Numbered from the stretch's first letter, positions 35,386-44,203 are shown. The stretch is 51,745 nucleotides of DNA from Candidatus Omnitrophota bacterium (GCA_028717245.1 JAQUOD010000006.1:1-51745); one strand, 5' to 3'. Translations and numbers: made by a program. The notes: generated from the sequence alone by a model not told the origin.

Positions 35386-35398
35386 AGCTTATAGCTGG
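35365..35398 (+). repeat. AACTTAAAGCTTAT x2 word array overlapping the fmdE stop
   Basis: TTAACTTAAAGCTTATAACTTAAAGCTTATAGCT. Related to the gatC-gatA spacer AAGCTTTAAGTTTTAAGCTATAAGC (26823-26847). Confidence 0.7.
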
Positions 35399-35409
35399 AG
35401 AATTACTTA

Positions 35410-35540
35410 GCACCTGGTGCAAACCCAATCGGGCACCTGGTGTGAATTTAAGATTGTACCTGTCCTATTTTTAAGATTGTACCAGGTACAAGATTGAATC
35501 CGCAGACGGTACAAGAGAGATTTCGCACCTGGTGCGAAAC
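35410..35540. repeat. GCACCWGGTGC / GTACCTGTCC element (left flank of the acs cluster)
   Basis: GCACCTGGTGCAAACCCAATCGGGCACCTGGTGTGAATTTAAGATTGTACCTGTCC (35410-35465) plus a second arm ending GATTTCGCACCTGGTGCGAAAC. Confidence 0.75.
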
Positions 35541-35557
35541 AACTGGAGACTAAAACA

Positions 35558-36886
35558 ATGGCGCTTTCCGGATTAGACATCTATAAATTGTTGCCTAAAA
35601 CAAATTGCCGCGAGTGCGGATTTGTCACCTGCCTGGCCTTTGCCATGCAGCTGGCCAAAAAGGCAGTCAGCATCGATAAATGCCCTTACTTAAGCGATGA
35701 GTCCAAAAGGGCGTTAGAGGCCTCAAGCCAGCCGCCTATAAAACTGGTGAGTATCGGCGAAGGCGAAAACAAGCTGGAGACGGGTAACGAGACCGTGCTC
35801 TTTCGGCACGAAGAAAAATTCCATCGCCCTACCGGCATAGGTTTTATTATTGAAGATAATCTATCGGAGAAAGAAATCAAGGAGAAACTGCATAGAATTA
35901 ATCAGCTGAAGTTTGAACGCATCGGCCAAGAGTTGAATGTCAACCTTATCGCCGTAAAGCAGGCGGGCGATAAAAATAAATTTGCTGCCGCAATACAGAT
36001 AGTTTTAAATAATACGCCGCTTGCGCTTACGCTGATGAGTAATGACGCCGAGGCGCTGAAAGAGGCATTGGAAATTTCTAAACAGAGAAGGCCGTTAATC
36101 TGTTCTGCGACCAAAGATAACCTTACGGAGTTTTCAAAATTAGCCAAAGAGTATCAGGCGGCTCTTGTGGTTTCGGACGGGGATTTAGAAACGCTATCAA
36201 ACTTGACTAAGGAATTGAGCAGCCAGGGAGTAAGCGGACTTATTCTGGATGTCGGCGCAAAACCGGCTAAAGATAAAATTTGGGATTTTACCCAGATCAG
36301 AAGGCAGGCATTAAAAAAATCAAACCGCAGTTTAGGTTATCCTGTTTTGGCAATTATAGATTCTAAGGACCCCTATGAAGAGGCGATAGAGGCAGCTACC
36401 TATATTTCTAAATATGCCGGTATTGTCTTGATGCGGGGGATAGAGGCCTGGCAGATTTTATCGCTTTTAACCTTAAGGCAAAATATTTATACTGACCCCC
36501 AGAAGCCCCTCCAGATTGAGCCTAAACTTTATCCTGTGGGCGCGGCTGATAAAAAATCACCGGTATTGGTAACTACTAATTTCTCGCTTACCTATTATAC
36601 GGTGCTGGGCGAAGTGGAGGCAAGCAAGGTGCCTTCTTATATCTTAAGCGTGGATACTGAAGGTATGTCAGTATTGACTGCCTGGGCAGCGGAGAAATTT
36701 ACGCCGGAAAAAGTCGCGGACACGTTAAATAAGTTTTCCGTGAAAGACGCGGTAGCGCACAACAGGCTGGTTATCCCCGGTTACGTGGCAGTAATGAGCG
36801 GAGATCTGGAAGAGAAATCCGGCTGGCAGGTAGTAGTGGGGCCGAAAGAAGCCGCCGGCATACCATCATTCTTAAAAAATCTTTAG
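35558..36886 (+). CDS. acsC: Corrinoid iron-sulfur protein large subunit (AcsC/CdhE)
   Basis: N-terminal 4Fe-4S motif CRECGFVTCLAFAMQLAKKAVSIDKCP, TIM-barrel and C-terminal B12-binding-like region. 442 aa. Confidence 0.85.
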   Translation: MALSGLDIYKLLPKTNCRECGFVTCLAFAMQLAKKAVSIDKCPYLSDESKRALEASSQPPIKLVSIGEGENKLETGNETVLFRHEEKFHRPTGIGFIIEDNLSEKEIKEKLHRINQLKFERIGQELNVNLIAVKQAGDKNKFAAAIQIVLNNTPLALTLMSNDAEALKEALEISKQRRPLICSATKDNLTEFSKLAKEYQAALVVSDGDLETLSNLTKELSSQGVSGLILDVGAKPAKDKIWDFTQIRRQALKKSNRSLGYPVLAIIDSKDPYEEAIEAATYISKYAGIVLMRGIEAWQILSLLTLRQNIYTDPQKPLQIEPKLYPVGAADKKSPVLVTTNFSLTYYTVLGEVEASKVPSYILSVDTEGMSVLTAWAAEKFTPEKVADTLNKFSVKDAVAHNRLVIPGYVAVMSGDLEEKSGWQVVVGPKEAAGIPSFLKNL

Positions 36887-36957
36887 GGACGGTTCTCAAA
36901 CGAGCACAGAACTGTCCCCAAGAGGGACACTTTTAACCGTAGTTAAGAACCGTCCCT
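36885..36957. repeat. 12-bp hairpin AGGGACGGTTCT / AGAACCGTCCCT with a 49-nt loop (acsC-acsV spacer)
   Basis: Perfect 12-bp stem. The loop contains a GTCCC-N-GGGAC sub-hairpin. Shares the TGTCCC/GGGACA words with the GTACCTGTCCC family. Confidence 0.7.
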
Positions 36958-36967
36958 GACAGGGGAG

Positions 36968-38896
36968 ATGGAAAAATTCAAGGTTACATTTTATCCGGAA
37001 AATAAGAGCGTAGAGGTGGCCAAGGATACGACTATCCTTTCTGCGGCTATTTCTGCCGGGGCCTATCTTAATTCCAGCTGCGGGGGCGATGGCGTATGCG
37101 GCAGGTGCAAGGTCATTTTAAAACAAGGCCAGGTCATTACCCAGCCCAGCGGCAGGATAAGCCATGAAGAGAAAAGGCAGGGGGTTTATCTGGCCTGCCT
37201 TACTACTATACAGAGCGATCTGGGAGTAGAGATCCCCGCAGAGTCAAGGATGGATTTGGATAAATTAAGCCCCGAAGAAATCAGCTTAAGGTTAAAGGGG
37301 CTTTATTCAGAATCCGAAGAGATAGAATCCGTAGCTTCTGTGCTGGGTGAAGAAATCTTTACGCATTCGCCCTTAGCCACAAAATTATATTTGGAATTAC
37401 CGCCGCCGGATCTGGAAGATAAAATCAGCGATTTAGAGAGGCTTTATCGCCAGATAAACCGTATTCAAAAGATACCGGTAATGCAAACCGGCTTAAGTAA
37501 TATCAGGCGGCTGGGAGAATTATTGCGCTCTGCGGATTGGAAAGTTACGGTGACCTTAGGCGACAGAAACGGCACCGCCGAGATTGTCCTGATTGAGCCG
37601 GGTGATACCTCAAGTAAAAATTTCGGGTTCTCTTTTGATATCGGCACAACCACTATCTCAGGCCAGTTAGTGGATTTAAACACTAAGAAAGTCCTGGGCA
37701 CAAAAGCCAGCTATAATAAGCAGGCAAGTTTCGGCAGCGATATCATCACCCGCATTATTTACGCGCAGGAAGAGGATGGCCTGGAGAAATTGCATCATGC
37801 CGTGGTGGATGAAATGAACCAGATGATTCATGAGCTCACTCAGGAGCATAATATAGATTTAAACGATGTAAATTGCATACTCTGCGCCGGTAATACAACG
37901 ATGATACACCTGCTTTTACGCGTTGACCCTACCTATATCAGGAGGGAGCCGTATGTCTCCACGGCTAATTTTGTCCCGACTATCCGCGCTGCCGAGGCAG
38001 GCATTAAAATAAATCCGCGCGGGCTCCTGTCTTGTGTGCCGGGTGTGGCCAGTTACGCCGGCGGAGACGTTACCGCCGGAGTCTTGTCCTGTGGCCTGGA
38101 TAGCACGGAGGATTTAAGCTTATTAATTGATGTCGGCACAAACGGAGAGATAGTTTTAGGCAGCCGCGATTTCCTGATTTCTGCCTCTGCCTCTGCCGGG
38201 CCTGCTTTTGAGGGTTCAGGGGTAAGCTGCGGTATGCGTTCCAGCCGCGGCGCAATCCAAAAAGTAAAGGTTACACCCAAGGATTTTACAGTTACCTATA
38301 ATTGTATTGCAGAGACAAAGCCGCGCGGTATCTGCGGCTCAGGATACATTGATATCCTCGCCCAGATGTTACGCGCAGGCCTCCTGGATAAAAACGGCAA
38401 GATAAAGAAGATAAAGCATGAACGTATCCGCGAAGGGCAGGAAGGCAGCGAATTCATCATTGCCTTTAAAAGAGAAACCGACACAGGCGCTGATATTGTC
38501 ATTACCGAAACAGACATTGAAAACCTTAAGCGGGCAAAGGCAGCGATTTATTCTGCCGTAGCGGCCTTAGTCAGGCATATGGACCTGGATTTTTCCCGAA
38601 TAAAGAAGATTTTTATTGCCGGAGGGTTCGGTACCTATATTGACGTGGATAATGCTGTCACCATAGGTTTACTGCCGGATTTAGAGCGCTCGAGGTTTAT
38701 TTTTGTGGGCAATAGTTCCTTGGCCGGCGCCCGTCAGATACTTTTATCTTATGAGGCAATGAAGAAAGCCGATGAAATAGCCAAAAAGATTACTTATTTT
38801 GAATTATCCGTTGAGCCGGGTTATATGGACGAATATATAGCAGCGCTTTTTTTTCCGCATACGGATTTGAATAAGTTCCCAACTGTGAAAATATGA
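36968..38896 (+). CDS. acsV: Corrinoid activation/regeneration protein (RACo; 2Fe-2S + ASKHA ATPase)
   Basis: Plant-type ferredoxin motif SSCGGDGVCGRCKV...LACL; ASKHA motifs DIGTTT and DVGTNGE. 642 aa. Confidence 0.8.
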   Translation: MEKFKVTFYPENKSVEVAKDTTILSAAISAGAYLNSSCGGDGVCGRCKVILKQGQVITQPSGRISHEEKRQGVYLACLTTIQSDLGVEIPAESRMDLDKLSPEEISLRLKGLYSESEEIESVASVLGEEIFTHSPLATKLYLELPPPDLEDKISDLERLYRQINRIQKIPVMQTGLSNIRRLGELLRSADWKVTVTLGDRNGTAEIVLIEPGDTSSKNFGFSFDIGTTTISGQLVDLNTKKVLGTKASYNKQASFGSDIITRIIYAQEEDGLEKLHHAVVDEMNQMIHELTQEHNIDLNDVNCILCAGNTTMIHLLLRVDPTYIRREPYVSTANFVPTIRAAEAGIKINPRGLLSCVPGVASYAGGDVTAGVLSCGLDSTEDLSLLIDVGTNGEIVLGSRDFLISASASAGPAFEGSGVSCGMRSSRGAIQKVKVTPKDFTVTYNCIAETKPRGICGSGYIDILAQMLRAGLLDKNGKIKKIKHERIREGQEGSEFIIAFKRETDTGADIVITETDIENLKRAKAAIYSAVAALVRHMDLDFSRIKKIFIAGGFGTYIDVDNAVTIGLLPDLERSRFIFVGNSSLAGARQILLSYEAMKKADEIAKKITYFELSVEPGYMDEYIAALFFPHTDLNKFPTVKI

Positions 38897-39639
38897 GCTA
38901 TACGATTGCAATCGCAGGCAAGGGCGGCACAGGAAAGACTACTATTGCCGCGCTTACCGTAAGGTTACTTAAAGAAAATAAGGCCGGTTCCATATTAGCC
39001 GTGGATGCTGACCCGAATAATAATCTGGCTGAGGCGTTAGGCATAGAAACCAAAGAAACCATCGGCTCAATAATCGATGATGTTTCTCGTCATCTGGATA
39101 AAATCCCCGCCGGAATGTCTAAAGATAGATTCATCGAATACCGCGTGCAGACTTCGGTTGCCGAGGGAGAAGGTTTTGATGTTTTGTCCATGGGCAGGCC
39201 CGAAGGCCCGGGGTGTTATTGTTACGTAAATAATATTCTAAGGAACATCGTGGGCAAACTCATCGCGGATTATGATTACATTGTCATTGATAATGAGGCA
39301 GGTTTTGAACATTTATCGCGGCGCACTACCCGCGCCTGCGATACTTTAATTGTGGTTTCCGACGATACAGCCGTGGGCCTGAAGGCGGCAAAGAGAATAA
39401 GCGATTTGATTGAGGAGTTAGAGATAAAAGCTAAAAAGAGCCTTCTGGTTATCAATCATTGCGATAAAAAAATAGAAGCGGAAAAGATAAAGAAGACGGG
39501 CCTGGATTATATCGGTAATATGCCCGAAGATCCGCAGGTTGAAAAAATCAGTTTAAACGGCGCTTCTTTAATGGCGCTTAAAAATGATGCGCCGAGTTTA
39601 AGTGCATTGCGTAAATTGGGAGAAAAAATATGGAGTTAA
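38893..39639 (+). CDS. cooC: CooC/AcsF-type Ni-insertion ATPase
   Basis: P-loop AIAGKGGTGKTT and the CxC metal motif GPGCYCYVNN. ATGA overlap with acsV. Confidence 0.85.
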   Translation: MSYTIAIAGKGGTGKTTIAALTVRLLKENKAGSILAVDADPNNNLAEALGIETKETIGSIIDDVSRHLDKIPAGMSKDRFIEYRVQTSVAEGEGFDVLSMGRPEGPGCYCYVNNILRNIVGKLIADYDYIVIDNEAGFEHLSRRTTRACDTLIVVSDDTAVGLKAAKRISDLIEELEIKAKKSLLVINHCDKKIEAEKIKKTGLDYIGNMPEDPQVEKISLNGASLMALKNDAPSLSALRKLGEKIWS

Positions 39640-40592
39640 TGTTAGAGAAATGGTCAGGCGCGGTTTCAGTAGTTAATATCGGCGCAACTCGCCAAGAGGG
39701 CGGGACGCGCTCTAAAACCATCCAAGTCGGCGGACAGGCAACCCTGCCTTTTTTATTTGCCGAAGGCGCTCTGCCCCATAAGCCGGTAGTGGCTTTTGAA
39801 ATCTGGGATGTGGCGCCCAATGATTGGCCGCAGGAATTAAATAAATCTTACGGAGATGTTTTCGGCGATCCCTTTGCCTGGGCACAGATGTGCGTAAAAG
39901 AATATAAAGCCGAGCTCTTATGCGTGAAATTGCAAGGGGCGCACCCGGATTTCGCGAATAAATCGCCTGATGCAGAGGCAAAATTTATCAGCCAGCTCTT
40001 AAAGAAAGTAGATGTGCCCTTGATTATTTTAGGCTGTGGAGACGACACGAAAGATAATCTGATTTTACCTGCCTGTTCTCAGGCAGCCAAAGGAGAACGC
40101 TGCCTTATCGGAAGCGCTGTACAGGATAATTATAAGACCCTGACTGCCGCGGTTTTAGCCGACGGGCATAATATCATTGCCGAATCGCCCATTGATATAA
40201 ATATCGCCAAACAATTGAATATTTTAATTTCCGATATGGGCTTGCCTTTAGAGCGCATTGTGATTAATCCGACCATCGGCGCTTTGGGTTATGGCCTGGA
40301 ATATGCTTATTCCATTATGGAGCGCGCGCGCCTCGCTGCTTTAGCCGGCGACAAAACCGTGGCCTCGCCTTTTATCTGTTTAATCGGGCAGGAGGCCTGG
40401 CGGGCAAAGGAAGCAAAAGCAACAGCGGTTGAATTTCCGGCATGGGGCCCGGAAGCTGAACGCGGTATAGTTTGGGAAGCCATTACTGCTACTGCTTTGA
40501 TTCAAGCAGGAGCGGATATCCTTGTGATGCGCCATCCCAAGGCGATAGAGAAAGTAGATGGTTATATTAAGAGACTGATGGTTAATTTATAA
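39630..40592 (+). CDS. acsD: Corrinoid iron-sulfur protein small subunit (AcsD/CdhD)
   Basis: 320 aa. IGATRQEGGTRSKTIQVGGQATLPF and the TIM-barrel pattern typical of CdhD. Confidence 0.8.
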   Translation: MELMLEKWSGAVSVVNIGATRQEGGTRSKTIQVGGQATLPFLFAEGALPHKPVVAFEIWDVAPNDWPQELNKSYGDVFGDPFAWAQMCVKEYKAELLCVKLQGAHPDFANKSPDAEAKFISQLLKKVDVPLIILGCGDDTKDNLILPACSQAAKGERCLIGSAVQDNYKTLTAAVLADGHNIIAESPIDINIAKQLNILISDMGLPLERIVINPTIGALGYGLEYAYSIMERARLAALAGDKTVASPFICLIGQEAWRAKEAKATAVEFPAWGPEAERGIVWEAITATALIQAGADILVMRHPKAIEKVDGYIKRLMVNL

Positions 40593-40593
40593 T

Positions 40594-40698
40594 TAGTTCA
40601 TTGAGTTTATTGAGTTCGTAGAGTTCATTGAGTTATCTATGGTTTAACTCAAAAAACTCAACAAACTCAAGCAACTCAACAAACTCAAATAACTCCCG
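40594..40698. repeat. Roughly 105-nt palindrome built from 9-nt words (TTCATTGAG... / CTCAACAAA...)
   Basis: Left arm TAGTTCATTGAGTTTATTGAGTTCGTAGAGTTCATTGAGTTATC; right arm AACTCAAAAAACTCAACAAACTCAAGCAACTCAACAAACTCAAATAACTC. Confidence 0.85.
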
Positions 40699-40720
40699 AG
40701 CGACAGAAGGAGCGAGGGTA

Positions 40721-41509
40721 ATGTTTATTATTGGCGAATTAATCAACGGGATGTATCAGAATATAGGTAAGGCCATTCAAGAAAAGGATAAGGCCACAAT
40801 CCAGAAGTGCGCGCTGGAGCAGATTCAGGCAGGGGCAGACGCTCTGGATGTCAATTGCGGCCCGGCATCGCGTAAACCCATAGATGATATCCAGTGGCTG
40901 GTGCAAACCATTCAGGAGGTAACCGACAAACCCCTGGTTTTAGATTCCAGCAAGCCGCAGGTTATTGAATCAGGCCTGGAAATTATTAAAAATAAGGCGA
41001 TTATCAATTCCACTACTGCTGACCCCGAGAAGTTGGATATATTAGTGCCCCTGGCAAAAAAATACCATACCAAACTGATCGGCTTGACCATTAGCGCCAA
41101 AGGCATCCCGCAGAATAAGGACCAGCGCCTGGAATTAGCAGCTGCTATTGTTGCCAGCTGTAGCGAGCAGGAATTTCCCGTCGCAGACCTTTACCTTGAC
41201 CCTATAGTGCTTCCGGTAAATGTGGCCCAGGCGCAGATGGCAGATATCTTAGAGGTCATCCGTGAATTCAAGATTATTTCCGAACCCGCGCCTAAGAGTA
41301 TTGTCGGTTTAAGCAATGTCTCCCAGGGCACTTGCGTGCGCAGCTTAGTCAACCGCACCTTCCTGACTATGGCTATAGCTTCCGGCCTAGACGCAGCCAT
41401 ACTTGACCCGAATGATAAAGACCTGATGGACGCGGCTATTACCGCGGAATTGATTTTGAATAAACACATCTATTGTGATTCTTTTTTAGAGGCATACAGG
41501 AAAAAGTAG
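40721..41509 (+). CDS. acsE: Methyltetrahydrofolate:corrinoid Fe-S protein methyltransferase (AcsE/MeTr)
   Basis: MFIIGELINGMYQNIGKAIQEKDKATIQKCALEQIQAGADALDVNCG closely resembles the Moorella MeTr N-terminus as I recall it. GAAGGAG RBS. Start moved from 40628. Confidence 0.85.
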   Translation: MFIIGELINGMYQNIGKAIQEKDKATIQKCALEQIQAGADALDVNCGPASRKPIDDIQWLVQTIQEVTDKPLVLDSSKPQVIESGLEIIKNKAIINSTTADPEKLDILVPLAKKYHTKLIGLTISAKGIPQNKDQRLELAAAIVASCSEQEFPVADLYLDPIVLPVNVAQAQMADILEVIREFKIISEPAPKSIVGLSNVSQGTCVRSLVNRTFLTMAIASGLDAAILDPNDKDLMDAAITAELILNKHIYCDSFLEAYRKK

Positions 41510-41513
41510 AAAA

Positions 41514-41576
41514 GGGACAGGTACAATCTCAGTTTCGCACCAGGTGCGAGATTGGGTTTGCACCTGGTGCGAAATC
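41514..41576. repeat. GCACCWGGTGC / GTACCTGTCCC element, inverted half-copy (right flank of the acs cluster)
   Basis: The reverse complement GATTTCGCACCAGGTGCAAACCCAATCTCGCACCTGGTGCGAAACTGAGATTGTACCTGTCCC matches 35410-35465 at roughly 49 of 56 positions (hand alignment). Confidence 0.75.
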
Positions 41577-41582
41577 AAGATT

Positions 41583-41981
41583 ATGACGCCCAGAAAAATC
41601 CTCAGGCATATCTTTCGGTTCCGCGGTTTTGCGGAGAGCTTCAAACTTGCCATAAACGGTATTGCCTATCTTTTCTTATACCATCGCAACATGCGCATCA
41701 TTTTCACACTGGGTATTTTTGCTTTTATCCTGGGCTTATATTTTTTTAAGTTGAGCGCTATTGAGCTGGTGGCGCTGTGCATCACCATTACATTAGTATT
41801 TGTGGCGGAGATATTCAATACCGCCATTGAGATGACCATGGATATGGTCAAGGTCAAATACCACACCTTAATCAAGCTGGTCAAAGATATTGCCGCAGCA
41901 GTAGTCTTACTCGCCTCGCTAAACGCCGTTGCCATAGGCTACATTCTTTTTATCAGAAAACTCTTTAAATGGCAGAATTAA
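41583..41981 (+). CDS. dgkA: Diacylglycerol/undecaprenol kinase family protein
   Basis: Three TM helices and VFVAEIFNTAIEMTMDMV, the DagK-prokaryotic signature. ATG 41583 preferred over GTG 41544, which lies inside the repeat. Confidence 0.8.
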   Translation: MTPRKILRHIFRFRGFAESFKLAINGIAYLFLYHRNMRIIFTLGIFAFILGLYFFKLSAIELVALCITITLVFVAEIFNTAIEMTMDMVKVKYHTLIKLVKDIAAAVVLLASLNAVAIGYILFIRKLFKWQN

Positions 41982-42367
41982 AAAAAATCCTTCTTTTGTC
42001 TATAATCTTCCTTTATTTCATAACAGTGCTTAAGGGCGTTTGTTTTGCCCAAGTTAACCCCGGCCAGATAGAAAGGTCGCAGGAGATTATCCAGGACGAA
42101 GAGGCATTAAGAAACCGGATAGGGCAGGAAAAAAAATTCCTCATCAAAAAAATTATTGTTGAAGGCGCGGATTTACTGGCTCCGGAGGAAATAAAAAAGA
42201 TGACCCTGGCTTATGAAAACCACTGGCTCTCTAAGAGCGATATACAGGCAATCATCGATTTATTGAAAACAGCTTATAGGGAGAAAGGTTATCCTCAGCA
42301 ACCCCGTAAAACTGCGTTCCGGATAAAGAATAATACTTTAAAAATCCACGTTTTAGAAGATAAATAA
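41969..42367 (+). CDS. Secreted stand-alone POTRA-domain protein (paralog of the tpsB N-terminus)
   Basis: Signal peptide, then ERSQEIIQDEEALRNRI and KKIIVEGADLL..EIKK......N.WLS..DIQAIIDLLKTAYREKGY. This is colinear with residues roughly 35-140 of the next ORF. Confidence 0.6.
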   Translation: MAELKKILLLSIIFLYFITVLKGVCFAQVNPGQIERSQEIIQDEEALRNRIGQEKKFLIKKIIVEGADLLAPEEIKKMTLAYENHWLSKSDIQAIIDLLKTAYREKGYPQQPRKTAFRIKNNTLKIHVLEDK

Positions 42368-42403
42368 TTTATTCATTTTACAATATTTTCGTCTATAAAA
42401 TAC

Positions 42404-42432
42404 TTGACAATAACATTAGGTTGGGGCATAAT
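42404..42432 (+). promoter_or_regulatory. Promoter abutting the tpsB ATG (leaderless-type)
   Basis: TTGACA (42404-42409), 17-nt spacer, CATAAT (42427-42432). ATG at 42442; no SD. Confidence 0.45.
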
Positions 42433-42441
42433 AAACTAACT

Positions 42442-44148
42442 ATGGCAAGTAAGATTTCTATTTATTTATTCTTAGCGTGCTTACTCTTTTTCCCGAAGAG
42501 TTATGCCTGGGCAGCTACTACTCCTGAACAGGAGATGCGCTCGCAGGAACTGCAGGAAAAAGATCAGGCGCTCAGGGAGAAAATAGAAACCCCCAGGAAA
42601 GCCCCGGAAGTTAAAGAAGAACTACCAGCGCCTCCCGCTGCCCCCACATCTACCGAAAAAGTCTCCGTCAAAAAGATTAATGTTACCGGCGTAACCCTGA
42701 TTGCCCAAAAAGAAATCAATAAGATAGTCCTGCCTTTTGAAAATCAGGACCTTAGCCTAAGAGAATTACAGAGGGCTGCGGATTTGATTACCGATATTTA
42801 CCGTCAAAGAGGCTACATCACTTCGCGCGCCTACCTGCCCCCGCAGAGGATTGAGCAGGGCGTAGTAGAAGTCCGGGTAATGGAAGGTACTACCGGAGAT
42901 ATAGAGGTAAGAGGCAACCGTTATTTTAAAACCGCGCTCCTGAAGCGTAAGATTGCCCTGAAGAAAGGCGAGCCTTTTAATTATAATATTTTGAGGAAGG
43001 GCTTAACCAAAATCAATGAGCAGCCGGACAGGTTCGCGCGCACAGTGCTTACTCCGGGCAGGGAACCCGGGGCAACAGACGTAGTCTTGGAGGTAAAAGA
43101 TAAGCTGCCTATACATGTGGGTTTTGACGGGGACAATTTCGGCTCGCGTTATATCGATAAGCAGCGTTATAGCGTCAGGTTTACCCACAATAACCTTCTC
43201 GGGCTTGATGATAAACTGGCTTTTCAATATCAGCTCGGCCAGGCGAGCAGGTATTTTTTTAAAAGCATACGTTATCTGTTCCCCGTAACTTCTGATTTGG
43301 AAGCCGGCGCTTACGCGGCATTTAGCCGCGTGAAATTAGGGCAGGAACTGGAAGATTCAGGCGTCTTTGGTAAAACCCAGATTTACAGTTTATTCGCTAA
43401 CCAGTCGCTGGTAGATGAGGAGAACTTTAATTTCAACATCAGCTTCGGGTTTGATTACAAAGACATCGCCAATTACCAGGCCAGTACCATTACCAGCCAC
43501 GATAAGTTAAGGGTTGCCCGCTTTGGCCTGGATACAGACTTAACGGATAATTTCGGCCGCACAGTGTTCACTAATGAACTGGATTTTGGTATCCCCAATA
43601 TTATGGGCGGCTTAAAAAAACAGGACACCCAAGCCAGCCGCAGCGGCTCTGGCGGGACTTTTATCAAAGACGTCGTTAATCTGATCAGGCTGCAGAAGAT
43701 GCCTTTTTCCTCGCAGCTATTATGGAAGAATCAGATTCAGTTTAGCCCTAATATCCTGACTTCTGCTGAAGAATTTCAGATCGGCGGCATTGCCAATGTG
43801 CGCGGATATCCGCCTGCAGAGGCAGTAGGCGACAGGGGCTATGCTACGACATTTGAGTGGTCATTTCCTTTTTATCCCTGCCCCAAAGAGATAAAAGTCC
43901 CTTTATCGCAGGCAAAGCTCTATGATGCCCTTAGGCTTGCGATGTTTTATGATTTGGCGAATACACGCCTGAAGAGGCCTTCTACAACCGAAGAGAAGAA
44001 TAAGACCTTAAGTTCATTAGGCTGCGGCCTGCGTTTTAACCTGCCGGAAGATTTTTCCCTGCGTTTAGATATTGCCTGGCCGTTAGATAATACTCCTTCT
44101 GACGGCGACCACGCGCACACCTGGGTGCAAGTCTCTAAGACCTTCTAA
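42442..44148 (+). CDS. ShlB/FhaC/HecB family two-partner-secretion transporter (TpsB)
   Basis: Signal peptide, POTRA (VKKINVTGVTLI...DLITDIYRQRGYITSRAYLPPQ..EQGVVEVRVMEG), beta-barrel domain and C-terminal SKTF. ATG 42442 preferred over TTG 42421. Confidence 0.85.
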   Translation: MASKISIYLFLACLLFFPKSYAWAATTPEQEMRSQELQEKDQALREKIETPRKAPEVKEELPAPPAAPTSTEKVSVKKINVTGVTLIAQKEINKIVLPFENQDLSLRELQRAADLITDIYRQRGYITSRAYLPPQRIEQGVVEVRVMEGTTGDIEVRGNRYFKTALLKRKIALKKGEPFNYNILRKGLTKINEQPDRFARTVLTPGREPGATDVVLEVKDKLPIHVGFDGDNFGSRYIDKQRYSVRFTHNNLLGLDDKLAFQYQLGQASRYFFKSIRYLFPVTSDLEAGAYAAFSRVKLGQELEDSGVFGKTQIYSLFANQSLVDEENFNFNISFGFDYKDIANYQASTITSHDKLRVARFGLDTDLTDNFGRTVFTNELDFGIPNIMGGLKKQDTQASRSGSGGTFIKDVVNLIRLQKMPFSSQLLWKNQIQFSPNILTSAEEFQIGGIANVRGYPPAEAVGDRGYATTFEWSFPFYPCPKEIKVPLSQAKLYDALRLAMFYDLANTRLKRPSTTEEKNKTLSSLGCGLRFNLPEDFSLRLDIAWPLDNTPSDGDHAHTWVQVSKTF

Positions 44149-44168
44149 AATTCAGCCAAAAATTTATA

Positions 44169-44197
44169 TTGCAATTTATTAACAAATATGTTAAACT
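44169..44197 (+). promoter_or_regulatory. Promoter abutting the abiEi ATG (leaderless-type)
   Basis: TTGCAA (44169-44174), 17-nt spacer, TAAACT (44192-44197). ATG at 44204; no SD. Confidence 0.45.
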
Positions 44198-44203
44198 TTT
44201 GCT

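Noticed and set aside
40628-40720. N-terminal extensions proposed by the track for acsE (40628), and likewise dgkA (41544), tpsB (42421), dnaG (1631), larB (34252) and ctp (29823)
   Set aside because: The extensions are encoded by intergenic repeats or by the upstream gene and begin with GTG/TTG. Canonical family N-termini, mostly starting at an in-frame ATG (with an RBS for acsE), lie downstream.
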